Source: an uncultured Bacteroidota bacterium
GTDB taxonomy: Bacteria; Bacteroidota; Bacteroidia; Chitinophagales; Chitinophagaceae
Assembly (NCBI GenBank): GCA_903837525.1
Contig: CAILUU010000033.1
Coordinates: 23,310 to 87,309, forward strand
DNA: 64,000 nt
Direction: 5' to 3'
Positions 11,650 to 19,809 of this stretch are shown in pieces. Position 1 is the stretch's first letter, and each line of letters opens with the position of its first letter. The notes beneath the pieces were generated by a model that was given only the letters and a program-made list of their open reading frames with translations, made no database searches and was not told where the DNA came from. A program made the position numbers and the translations under genes.

Positions 11650-11671
11650 CCGCCGCAATAAAAGGCTAAAA

Positions 11672-12598
11672 ATGTTAAGTAGAAGAAATATAAGAATTAA
11701 GGTAATGCAAACATTGTATGTCGTTGATAGTTTAAAGGATCAAGTTAAAACTGGAGAGCCTCTTACCATTTTAAATAAAAAAATAGACCAAAGCCGACAA
11801 TTACTTACCTACCTAGTTTATTTTGTAACCGAAGTTGCCCGTTTTGCTGAAAAAGATGCTTTAAAAAAATCGAGTAAACATTTACCAACCCAAGCCGATT
11901 TAAATATTAATACCAAAATTGTTGGTAACGAATTATTGTGGAAAATTGTAGAGGCAGAAGGTTTTAAAACAGCAGTAGCCGAGTATAAATTGCCGCATTT
12001 AATAGATACTGAGTTACTTAAAAAAACGTATCAAACCCTTACCCTATCTGCCGAGTATAAAGAGTATATTGATGTACAAAGTAGAGATAAAAAAAGTGAA
12101 AAAGATATTATTGAATATATCTTTAGCACCTTACTTTTACCCAATGAAGATTTTATAAACCATGTAGAAGAAAAATTTATTAATTGGGATGATGATGCTG
12201 AGCAAATGCAATTGTTGGTTTTAAATATTATTCAAAAACCTAGTAGTGCAAATTTTAATACTATTCTTACAAAAGATAAACTAGATTTTGCAAGGGAATT
12301 AACCCAAACCGTTTTAGATAAAGAGGCGCACAGCAGAGAATTAATAAAACCAAAATTAAAAAATTGGGATGCAGACAGAATTGCATCGTTAGATATGATA
12401 ATTTTGCAAATGGGTGTTTGCGAATTATTATATTTTGAAACCATACCCACAAAAGTTACCATTAATGAATACATTGATTTAGCCAAAGATTACAGCACCC
12501 CACAAAGTGGCCAGTTTGTAAACGGATTGTTAGATAATATTCATAAAGAACTTATGGCTAGTGGTAAAATCGTAAAAAAACAATTTACTAAACGATAA
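11672..12598 (+). CDS. nusB: transcription antitermination factor NusB (long Bacteroidota form)
   Basis: C-terminal NusB core DRIASLDMIILQMGVCELLYF..IP.KV.INEYIDLAKDYST..SG.FVNG.LD. Confidence 0.85.
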   Translation: MLSRRNIRIKVMQTLYVVDSLKDQVKTGEPLTILNKKIDQSRQLLTYLVYFVTEVARFAEKDALKKSSKHLPTQADLNINTKIVGNELLWKIVEAEGFKTAVAEYKLPHLIDTELLKKTYQTLTLSAEYKEYIDVQSRDKKSEKDIIEYIFSTLLLPNEDFINHVEEKFINWDDDAEQMQLLVLNIIQKPSSANFNTILTKDKLDFARELTQTVLDKEAHSRELIKPKLKNWDADRIASLDMIILQMGVCELLYFETIPTKVTINEYIDLAKDYSTPQSGQFVNGLLDNIHKELMASGKIVKKQFTKR

Positions 12599-12601
12599 AA
12601 A

Positions 12602-13039
12602 ATGAATAAAGTTTTTTTCTTATTTTTTATACTTGTTGCATTAACGAGTTGCGATATAAAACGTAAAGATAAAATTGCAGATGACCAAAGTAAAGCGTTA
12701 GAACAAGCCACTAAAGATACCACAACGGTACAAATTATTGATAGTTCCTATAATTTTGGTAAAGTTACCGATGGTGAGTTAGTTGAATATAACTATCGCT
12801 TTAAAAACACTGGCAACAAGCCTTTAGTAGTAGTAGATGCAAATGCAAGTTGTGGATGTACTGTACCAGAAAGGCCAGATAAACCAATTTTACCTGGAGA
12901 AATAGGTTTTATAAAAATTGTATTTAATAGTAAAGGAAGAGCTGGAGAAACACATAAAACAATTACAGTACACTCAAATGCAAAACCCGATTTTCCTATA
13001 TTGGAATTAAGAGGAGATGTGTTAGAAAAAAAGCAATAA
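12602..13039 (+). CDS. DUF1573 domain lipoprotein
   Basis: Lipobox LTSC. YNFGKV..G....Y.F.N.G..PL.V....SCGCT.P is the DUF1573 signature. It lies in the usual position between nusB and yajC. Confidence 0.85.
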   Translation: MNKVFFLFFILVALTSCDIKRKDKIADDQSKALEQATKDTTTVQIIDSSYNFGKVTDGELVEYNYRFKNTGNKPLVVVDANASCGCTVPERPDKPILPGEIGFIKIVFNSKGRAGETHKTITVHSNAKPDFPILELRGDVLEKKQ

Positions 13040-13041
13040 AA

Positions 13042-13076
13042 AATTTTGAATTTTGAATTTTGAATTTTGAATTTTA
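13042..13076. repeat. heptanucleotide tandem repeat (AATTTTG) x5, last unit AATTTTA
   Basis: Read directly: aattttg at 13042, 13049, 13056 and 13063, then aatttta at 13070. It starts 3 nt after the DUF1573 stop. Confidence 0.95.
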
Positions 13077-13141
13077 GCCCAAAGTAAAAATCAAACAGAT
13101 TAACGGATTTACGAATTAACTAATAAACAAAAACAATACAC

Positions 13142-13483
13142 ATGAACCTTTTAAGTATTTTTTTAATGACTGGGCAAGGCGACCCAAAGGGCGGAAGCTC
13201 AATGACATTGATAATGATGGGCGGAATGATTTTAGTTTTTTGGCTTTTTATGATTCGTCCTCAAGCAAAAAAAGCAAAGCAACAAAAGCAATTTATTGCC
13301 AACCTACAAAAAGGCGATAAAATCGTGACCATTGCTGGTATACATGGTACCGTTAATAAAGTAAACGACGATGGTACGCTAAACTTAGAAACTAGCCCAG
13401 GCAGTTACATGAAAATTGAGCGTAGTAGTATTAGCATGGAATGGACGGCTAATATTAATAAGCCTGTTACTGAGGCAAAATAG
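13142..13483 (+). CDS. yajC: preprotein translocase subunit YajC
   Basis: One TM helix, then IRPQ.KK.K....F...L.KGD.IVT..GIHG. Confidence 0.85.
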   Translation: MNLLSIFLMTGQGDPKGGSSMTLIMMGGMILVFWLFMIRPQAKKAKQQKQFIANLQKGDKIVTIAGIHGTVNKVNDDGTLNLETSPGSYMKIERSSISMEWTANINKPVTEAK

Positions 13484-13584
13484 TTTGTAAATACAGTGTG
13501 CGATGTTTGATGTATGATATACGACAATCCTAAAATTTAGGCGTAATTCAAACATCGTACATTTTAACATCGTACATTTACAAA
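13484..13584. repeat. long imperfect inverted repeat filling the whole yajC-coaE spacer, with internal 7-nt and 15-nt periodic repeats
   Basis: Perfect complementary blocks tttgtaaat (13484..13492) / atttacaaa (13576..13584) and cgatgtttga (13501..13510) / tcaaacatcg (13548..13557). Direct repeat aacatcgtacattt at 13551 and 13566. Confidence 0.85.
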
Positions 13585-14162
13585 TGCTTAAAATCGGACT
13601 CACAGGCGGCATTGGCAGTGGTAAAAGTACTGTTGCGAAAGTGTTTCAAACGCTTGGCATTCCTGTTTATTATGCCGATGATGCAGCCAAAGAATTAATG
13701 AATAATAATGAAGGGCTGAAACAACAAATCATTCTTCATTTTGGCAAAGATGTATATGAAAACAAGGTGCTTAACCGAAAACTTCTTGCCCAAAAAGTAT
13801 TTAATAATCCTACACAATTACACTTACTTAACAGCCTTGTACATCCTGCAACCATACAAGCTGCCGAAGATTGGTTTGTCCAACAAAAAGCCCCTTATTG
13901 TATTAAAGAAGCTGCCTTAATTTTTGAAAGCGGTAGCCAACAAAATTTAGATTTTGTAATAGGTGTTTATACCCCAACCACAATTCGTTTGCAACGAGTA
14001 ATGCAACGAGATAAGGCTACCAAAGAAGAGGTACAACAGCGTATGGACAAGCAAATTGATGAAACTATTAAAATGCGTTTATGCGATTTTGTAGTTACTA
14101 ATAATGAGCAAGAGTTGCTAATACCACAAGTAATGGCTTTGCATGAAAAATTTATTCATTAA
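13584..14162 (+). CDS. coaE: dephospho-CoA kinase
   Basis: MLKIGLTGGIGSGKSTVA P-loop N-terminus; 192 aa. Confidence 0.9.
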   Translation: MLKIGLTGGIGSGKSTVAKVFQTLGIPVYYADDAAKELMNNNEGLKQQIILHFGKDVYENKVLNRKLLAQKVFNNPTQLHLLNSLVHPATIQAAEDWFVQQKAPYCIKEAALIFESGSQQNLDFVIGVYTPTTIRLQRVMQRDKATKEEVQQRMDKQIDETIKMRLCDFVVTNNEQELLIPQVMALHEKFIH

Positions 14163-14485
14163 CTTTTTATACAGCACTAGAAAAATTCCCTTATTTGGGT
14201 AAATATCGTAGCACTTAAAACCAAGCAATTATTTTAACTTTGGATTCCTTTTTTATTTACTTGTTTTGTAGCCTATAAAATGAGTTACCATGCCAAAGAT
14301 ATTTTTGTATTCAACAAAGCAAATGGCATGTGGAAAGGTTGCTTTTCGGTAAGCTATTTTGACTGAGTTATTATTATTATAATTACTGCAATTATTCTTC
14401 TTTTTAATTATTTTATTTTAAAGATGATAAGTAATAGAAATGCCTCAAAAAATTGAGACATTTCTATGAAATTAATTTTAAGTTT

Positions 14486-14947
14486 TTAGCTTAATTCTTT
14501 TAACTGAGTAGCATATAAAACTATAAATACAATTGGAATAATTACTCCAATTAATCCAAAACCCACACCTACTGTTACAAATGTGTAAATAATTGGCATT
14601 AGTTGCCCTGCAACATAAATGAAAAATCCTTGTTTTTGAAGCTTACGCATTTTCATAGCTCCATAAAAGCATAATGCAATACCTACCAATCCAATAATTA
14701 AGCCAACCCAAATAGAACCAAATCCAGCTTTATCTGATACTTCAGTAAGTTCTTTAGATTTACCCATAATTGAGCTTAAAAAGCCAACACCTAGTACACC
14801 TAAAATTGAAAATAATGCTCCAACTCCACAAGCTATGTAAGTTAGGATAGTAAGTACATTTAACATTTGTGGGAGTTTTTTCATGTCCTTGTCTCCAGAG
14901 TTTAAGAAGTCTTTTGCTTCATTTACATTTTGATTTAAATCTGTCAT
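14486..14947 (-). CDS. hypothetical membrane protein (about 4 TM helices)
   Basis: 153-aa ORF with a hydrophilic N-terminus followed by four hydrophobic stretches. I recognise no family. Confidence 0.5.
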   Translation of the reverse strand: MTDLNQNVNEAKDFLNSGDKDMKKLPQMLNVLTILTYIACGVGALFSILGVLGVGFLSSIMGKSKELTEVSDKAGFGSIWVGLIIGLVGIALCFYGAMKMRKLQKQGFFIYVAGQLMPIIYTFVTVGVGFGLIGVIIPIVFIVLYATQLKELS

Positions 14948-15081
14948 AATTTATAGTTTTAGATTAACAAAATAGATAAAATTTATAATAAAACAAACCC
15001 TTTAAACTAAAAAGTGAAAATACACCTTAAACTTGGGTATTAAAATGTCGCATTTTTCGACACTTTTTGCCCCTTTTCCCC

Positions 15082-15089
15082 TATTTTTG
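15082..15089 (+). promoter_or_regulatory. candidate -7 box (TATTTTTG) for hppA
   Basis: TAnnTTTG match 30 nt upstream of ATG 15120. It lies inside the N-terminal extension of the track ORF, which argues for the 15120 start. Confidence 0.3.
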
Positions 15090-15119
15090 CACTCCAAAAT
15101 TTTAGACAACTACCAACTT

Positions 15120-17336
15120 ATGGACAAATTGATTTATGTTATTCCGGCAATGGGCATTGTAGGCTTATTTTACACTTTTATTAAGTATGCTTGGGTAAGC
15201 AAACAAGATGCAGGTAACGAACGTATGAAAGAAATTAGTACGTACATAGCAGAAGGTGCTATGGCTTTTTTAAAAGCAGAGTATAAAATACTTGCCTACT
15301 TCGTTATTATAGGTGCTTTATTATTAGGCCTTATGGGTTATACTAATGCAAACAGTCATTGGAGTATTTCCTTAGCCTTTGTGTTAGGAGCTTTTTTTAG
15401 TGCCTTAGCTGGTTTTATTGGTATGAAAATTGCAACCAAAGCAAACGTTCGTACAGCACAAGCAGCACGAACAAGTTTAAGCAAAGCATTATCCGTTTCC
15501 TTTACTGGTGGTAGTGTAATGGGTATGGGTGTTGCAGGCTTGGCGGTGTTGGGCTTGGGCGGATTGTTCATTATTTTAAAAATGATTTTTGCTCCACATG
15601 CTGCAGTTGATAGTGTAGAAATGGAGAGAACCATAGAAATTTTAACTGGCTTTAGCTTAGGTGCAGAAAGTATTGCTTTGTTTGCAAGAGTAGGTGGAGG
15701 TATTTACACAAAAGCTGCAGATGTGGGTGCCGATTTGGTTGGTAAAGTAGAAGCTGGTATTCCGGAAGATGACCCTAGAAACCCAGCAACTATTGCAGAT
15801 AATGTGGGGGATAATGTTGGTGATGTAGCAGGTATGGGTGCCGATTTATTTGGTAGTTATGTTGCAACGGTTTTAGCCACCATGGTGTTGGGCAGAGAGA
15901 CAAATGCGTTAACGGATGCTTTTGGCGGAATGAGTCCTATTTTATTACCAATGCTTATTGCAGCAATGGGAATTATATTTTCAATCATTGGAACTTTCTT
16001 TGTACGTATTAGCGAAAGTGCTGGCCTTAGTACACACAAAGTACAACGTGCTTTAAATATGGGTAACTGGGGTAGCATGGTTTTAACAGCTATTGGTTGT
16101 TACTTTTTAGTAAACTTTTTATTGCCAGAGCAAATGAGTTTACGTGGCCATGATTTTACAAAAAATGGTGTGTTTGGTGCAATTATGGTTGGTCTTGGTG
16201 TAGGTGCTTTAATGAGCATTATTACCGAATATTATACCGCAATGGGCAAACGTCCTGTAATGAGTATCATTCGCCAAAGTGCTACTGGACATGCTACAAA
16301 CATAATTGGTGGCTTAGCAGTAGGTATGGAAAGTACTTTACTTCCTATATTAGTTTTAGCTGCTGGTATTTATGGCTCTTACGCTTGTGCAGGTTTGTAC
16401 GGTGTAGCTATTGCAGCTGCTGGCATGATGGCTACAACTGCTATGCAATTAGCAATTGATGCGTTTGGCCCAATTGCTGATAATGCTGGTGGTATTGCAG
16501 AAATGAGCGAATTACCGAGTGATGTAAGAGAAAAGACAGATATATTAGATGCCGTAGGAAATACAACTGCAGCAAGTGGTAAAGGATTTGCCATTGCATC
16601 TGCAGCATTAACAGCGTTAGCTTTATTTGCTGCGTTTGTTGGTATAGCAAAAATTGATGGTATAGATATTTACCACGCCGATGTTTTAGCTGGTTTATTT
16701 GTTGGTGGTATGATTCCGTTTATATTTTCATCTTTGGCAATTAAAGCGGTTGGAGAAGCTGCTATGGCAATGGTGGAAGAAGTTCGCCGTCAGTTTCGTA
16801 CTATTCCCGGTATTATGGAAGGTACAGGCAAACCTGAGTATGATAAATGTGTGGCTATTAGTACAGAAGCTTCTTTAAAGAAAATGATGTTACCTGGTGC
16901 TATTGCTCTTTTATCTCCTATTATTATTGGTTTTGTTTTTGGTCCAGAGGTTTTGGGTGGTTTCCTTGCAGGTGCAACTGTTTGTGGTGTGTTGATGGGA
17001 ATATTTCAAAACAATGCTGGTGGTGCTTGGGATAATGCAAAAAAATCTTTTGAAAAAGGTGTTGAAATAAATGGTGAAATGTATTACAAAAAAAGTGAAC
17101 CACATAAGGCTTCTGTAACAGGCGATACGGTTGGTGATCCTTTTAAAGATACAAGTGGCCCATCAATGAATATCTTAATCAAATTGATGAGTATTGTGTC
17201 GTTAGTTATTGCTCCTACCCTTGCAAAATTACATCAAGATAAAATTGAAGCGAATAGAAAAGCACAAATAGAAACTATGATGAAAATGAGTGGTGGTGGA
17301 AGTACAATTATCGAAGAAAAATTACCAAAACAATAG
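15120..17336 (+). CDS. hppA: membrane-bound pyrophosphate-energised ion pump (H+/Na+-PPase)
   Basis: Diagnostic motifs [28 protein letters not shown]. .G.GADLF and GDTVGDP.KDT.GP..N. ATG 15120 ([14 protein letters not shown]) is the preferred start. There is a roughly 35-aa hydrophilic tail after the last TM helix. Confidence 0.92.
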   Translation: MDKLIYVIPAMGIVGLFYTFIKYAWVSKQDAGNERMKEISTYIAEGAMAFLKAEYKILAYFVIIGALLLGLMGYTNANSHWSISLAFVLGAFFSALAGFIGMKIATKANVRTAQAARTSLSKALSVSFTGGSVMGMGVAGLAVLGLGGLFIILKMIFAPHAAVDSVEMERTIEILTGFSLGAESIALFARVGGGIYTKAADVGADLVGKVEAGIPEDDPRNPATIADNVGDNVGDVAGMGADLFGSYVATVLATMVLGRETNALTDAFGGMSPILLPMLIAAMGIIFSIIGTFFVRISESAGLSTHKVQRALNMGNWGSMVLTAIGCYFLVNFLLPEQMSLRGHDFTKNGVFGAIMVGLGVGALMSIITEYYTAMGKRPVMSIIRQSATGHATNIIGGLAVGMESTLLPILVLAAGIYGSYACAGLYGVAIAAAGMMATTAMQLAIDAFGPIADNAGGIAEMSELPSDVREKTDILDAVGNTTAASGKGFAIASAALTALALFAAFVGIAKIDGIDIYHADVLAGLFVGGMIPFIFSSLAIKAVGEAAMAMVEEVRRQFRTIPGIMEGTGKPEYDKCVAISTEASLKKMMLPGAIALLSPIIIGFVFGPEVLGGFLAGATVCGVLMGIFQNNAGGAWDNAKKSFEKGVEINGEMYYKKSEPHKASVTGDTVGDPFKDTSGPSMNILIKLMSIVSLVIAPTLAKLHQDKIEANRKAQIETMMKMSGGGSTIIEEKLPKQ

Positions 17337-17878
17337 ATGATGCAGGTGTTGTTACCACTACCTCCAATACAATAAAAGGTACGGTAAATAATGATAGTGA
17401 TTTTGTTTATGATTTAGGTGCAACGGGTATACTAAAATTAGCTAATGATGCAGCTATTAATGTTGGTGTAAACTTTACCGAAAAACAAGTAGTAGAATTT
17501 ATGAACGATGCTACTAAACAAGCAGATAAAACTACTTGGTTTACCTTAGATAGATTGTATTTTGAAACAGGTAAGTCTACCTTAAAAGCAAGTAGTGCAG
17601 AACAATTAAAAAACATTGCAACCATTTTAGCTGCTTATCCCTCTATGGAGTTAAAACTAGGAAGATATACCGATAACAGTTTAGATAGTGCAATAAATAT
17701 GAAAATATCTGTCGAAAGAGCCAACATAGATTTAGCGGAATTAGTAAAATTAGGTGCAGATGCAAAACGATTAACCGCAGAAGGTTACGGAGCTCAGTTT
17801 CCTATTTGTAATGCAAACGATACTAAAGAGTGTAAAGCACAAAACAGAAGAATTGATGTACGAGTAAGTAAAAAATAA
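17337..17878 (+). pseudogene. OmpA-like (peptidoglycan-associating) domain ORF lacking its own N-terminus; either a pseudogene or the frameshifted C-terminal part of hppA
   Basis: The frame is open from 17258 and coding-like from 17333 ([36 protein letters not shown]..., then DKTTWFTLDRLYFETGKSTL...NRRIDVRV). The only ATG (17501) lies inside the conserved region, and there is no signal peptide. The conserved Gly of the TD..G....N..LS..RA motif is Leu here. Confidence 0.55.
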
Positions 17879-17955
17879 GTATAGTTTGTTTTGTTATCAA
17901 TTACACGATAACTCAAGAAAATATTAAAAATTCTAATCAGAATCATTATACCAAA

Positions 17956-17989
17956 AAGTCGCGGTGTTTCCACATCGGGACTTTTTTTT
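17956..17989 (+). terminator. rho-independent terminator after the OmpA-like ORF
   Basis: Stem aagtcgcggtg / acatcgggactt (one mismatch) followed by T8. Confidence 0.7.
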
Positions 17990-18090
17990 GACATCTCAAA
18001 GTCATTTTAAAACGCTGCAACCACTAACAGTTACAATAATCTATAAATACAATTGGTATAAAAAAAATTCACACAAAATAATTTGGCATT

Positions 18091-18129
18091 TACGAGTAAA
18101 ATCGTACTTTAGCTACGAAATACATCGTA
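18091..18129 (+). promoter_or_regulatory. two tandem 16-bp palindromic operators TACGA-N6-TCGTA in front of the BlaI-family repressor gene
   Basis: TACGAgtaaaaTCGTA at 18091..18106 and TACGAaatacaTCGTA at 18114..18129, with centres 23 bp apart. The second ends 4 nt before ATG 18134. Confidence 0.65.
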
Positions 18130-18133
18130 TATA

Positions 18134-18520
18134 ATGACATCAGTTAAATCAAATAAACCAACAGAAGGTGAATTAGAAATATTACAGGTGCTATGGAACA
18201 ACAACAAAGCAAGTGTACGAACGGTACATGAAACTTTATTAAAAGTAAAAGATTGTGGCTACACTACTACCCTTAAACTAATGCAAATTATGTTTAAAAA
18301 AGGTTTAGTTAGCAGAGATGATAGCAACAAAATACATATTTATACGGCCAATGTAACTAGAGAAAAAACGCAAAAGCAATTTTTAAATAAAATGATTGAT
18401 TCGCTTTTTGCAGGTTCTAGCACCAATTTAGTTTTACAAGCATTAGGCAATCATAAAACTAGTAACGAAGAGCTAAAAAAAATACAGGTACTTCTAAATC
18501 AATTAAAACAAACGAAATAA
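18134..18520 (+). CDS. BlaI/MecI/CopY family transcriptional repressor
   Basis: 128 aa. Winged-helix N-terminus PTEGELEILQVLW......VR.VHE.L......YTT.LKLMQIMF.KGLV.R. Confidence 0.85.
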   Translation: MTSVKSNKPTEGELEILQVLWNNNKASVRTVHETLLKVKDCGYTTTLKLMQIMFKKGLVSRDDSNKIHIYTANVTREKTQKQFLNKMIDSLFAGSSTNLVLQALGNHKTSNEELKKIQVLLNQLKQTK

Positions 18521-18529
18521 ACAATTTTT

Positions 18530-18655
18530 ATGTCTCAATTTGCTTATAGTTTTTGTATAAGTATGTTGCATAGCTTTTGGCAATGTGCAATGCGATAACT
18601 TTTTTATATGGCATTTACTAGTTTGTTCAAAAATCAATCCCCTTTAACAAAATAA
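18530..18655 (+). pseudogene. remnant of a BlaR1/M56-type sensor-peptidase gene (N-terminal roughly 40 codons, interrupted by in-frame stops)
   Basis: MSQFAYSFCISMLHSFWQCAMR*LFYMAFTSLFKNQSPLTK* carries the HS(L/F)WQ motif of the first TM helix of BlaR1-like proteins. It sits exactly where blaR1 follows blaI, with stops at 18596 and 18653. No peptidase domain follows. Confidence 0.5.
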
Positions 18656-18811
18656 GATAGCAGTAAAAAATAATTCTTAAAAAGCAGTTGATGAAATAAC
18701 GAATAAAGTAAACTTAATACCAGTAAGTTTCTTTGAGGAAAATGAAGTGAAACTAAAAAAGGATTAACAGATAGTAATCAACCCATTAATAAGCAGGGAA
18801 ATATGCAGTAA

Positions 18812-19246
18812 TTAATTAATGGGCTTTTTTAATATAGCAACCGTTAACCTACTTACACAAATTAATTTATCTCGTTCGTCCGTTATTTTAATATCCCACA
18901 CATGCGTACTAGCTCCAATATGCAAGGGCATGCAAGTAGCTGTAACAAACCCTTTAGTGGCACTACGTATATGGTTAGCATTTATCTCTAATCCTACACA
19001 AATAAATTTTTCGTTATCTATTACAAAATAAGATGCCACACTACCAATAGTTTCTGCTAAGGCACAGCTAGCACCACCGTGGAGTAACCCGTAGGGTTGT
19101 TTGGTTCGTTCATCTACAGGCATACGCATTTGCATAAACGTATCGCCTATGGTTACCCATTCCATGCCCAAATGCTTACCCATAGTATTGGGTGTAAGAG
19201 GGTTTATATCTTCTAGTGATAAATCTTTTTTAAACCAAATACTCAT
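18812..19246 (-). CDS. PaaI-family hotdog-fold thioesterase
   Basis: N..LG.E......G.....MPV.....QP.G.LHGGAS..LAE..GS. Confidence 0.8.
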   Translation of the reverse strand: MSIWFKKDLSLEDINPLTPNTMGKHLGMEWVTIGDTFMQMRMPVDERTKQPYGLLHGGASCALAETIGSVASYFVIDNEKFICVGLEINANHIRSATKGFVTATCMPLHIGASTHVWDIKITDERDKLICVSRLTVAILKKPIN

Positions 19247-19300
19247 GAACTTTTTGTGGGGGTTATTGAGGTTTTAAAAATACGCACAAAATGTTATTAA

Positions 19301-19777
19301 CTAAATACGGCTTTTAATAGTATCAATTACAGCTTGTGGTAAAAAGGGCGAAGCATCTCCTCCGTTTCTAATAATATCTCTTACAATGGTGCTGGCAACA
19401 GATGTATATTTTGGTTCGCCAGTTAAAAAAATAGTTTCTATACTTGAATCCATTGTACGGTTAGCATCGGCTATAGTTTTTTCGTACTCAAAATCGCTAA
19501 CATAACGTATCCCTCTTAAAATAAAATTTGCTCCAATTTTTTTGCAATAGTCAATGGTTAATCCATCATACACAGCACCAAAAACTTTATTGGTATGTTT
19601 ATAAATTTGGGCAATCCATTCTAACCGCTGCTCTGCAGTAAACATTGGGGTTTTATTAGCATTGCTACCAACACCAACAACAATTTTATCAAATAAATTT
19701 ATAGATCTATTAATAATATCTACATGTCCAAGGGTTAGGGGATCAAATGTTCCAGGGAAAAGGCAAATACGTTCCAT
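19301..19777 (-). CDS. coaD: phosphopantetheine adenylyltransferase
   Basis: FPGTFDPLTLGHVDII N-terminus; 158 aa. Confidence 0.92.
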   Translation of the reverse strand: MERICLFPGTFDPLTLGHVDIINRSINLFDKIVVGVGSNANKTPMFTAEQRLEWIAQIYKHTNKVFGAVYDGLTIDYCKKIGANFILRGIRYVSDFEYEKTIADANRTMDSSIETIFLTGEPKYTSVASTIVRDIIRNGGDASPFLPQAVIDTIKSRI

Positions 19778-19809
19778 AATCTTTACTAATTTAAAAGTTG
19801 CTCTGTTAA

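Noticed and set aside
11456-11671. CIRCE/HrcA operator (TTAGCACTC-N9-GAGTGCTAA) upstream of groES.
   Set aside because: No match on either strand. There is only a candidate TACATTTG -7 box (reverse complement of 11490..11497), whose upstream TTTG sits at a shorter spacing than I would expect.
13042-13584. Short repeats considered as a possible CRISPR array or minisatellite locus.
   Set aside because: The units are 7-15 nt with no spacers of CRISPR size, there are no cas genes in the window, and the structure is tandem or inverted, not repeat-spacer.
14281-14366. 28-codon ORF (MSYHAKDIFVFNKANGMWKGCFSVSYFD) and a 7-bp inverted repeat (catgcca/tggcatg) in the coaE-downstream spacer.
   Set aside because: It is too short and has no recognisable signal. 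It could be a small protein or an sRNA, but nothing in the sequence supports either.
15033-15119. N-terminal 29-codon extension of hppA in the ORF track (TTG start).
   Set aside because: The extension is not signal-like and contains a TAnnTTTG box. [14 protein letters not shown] from ATG 15120 matches the usual start of membrane PPases.
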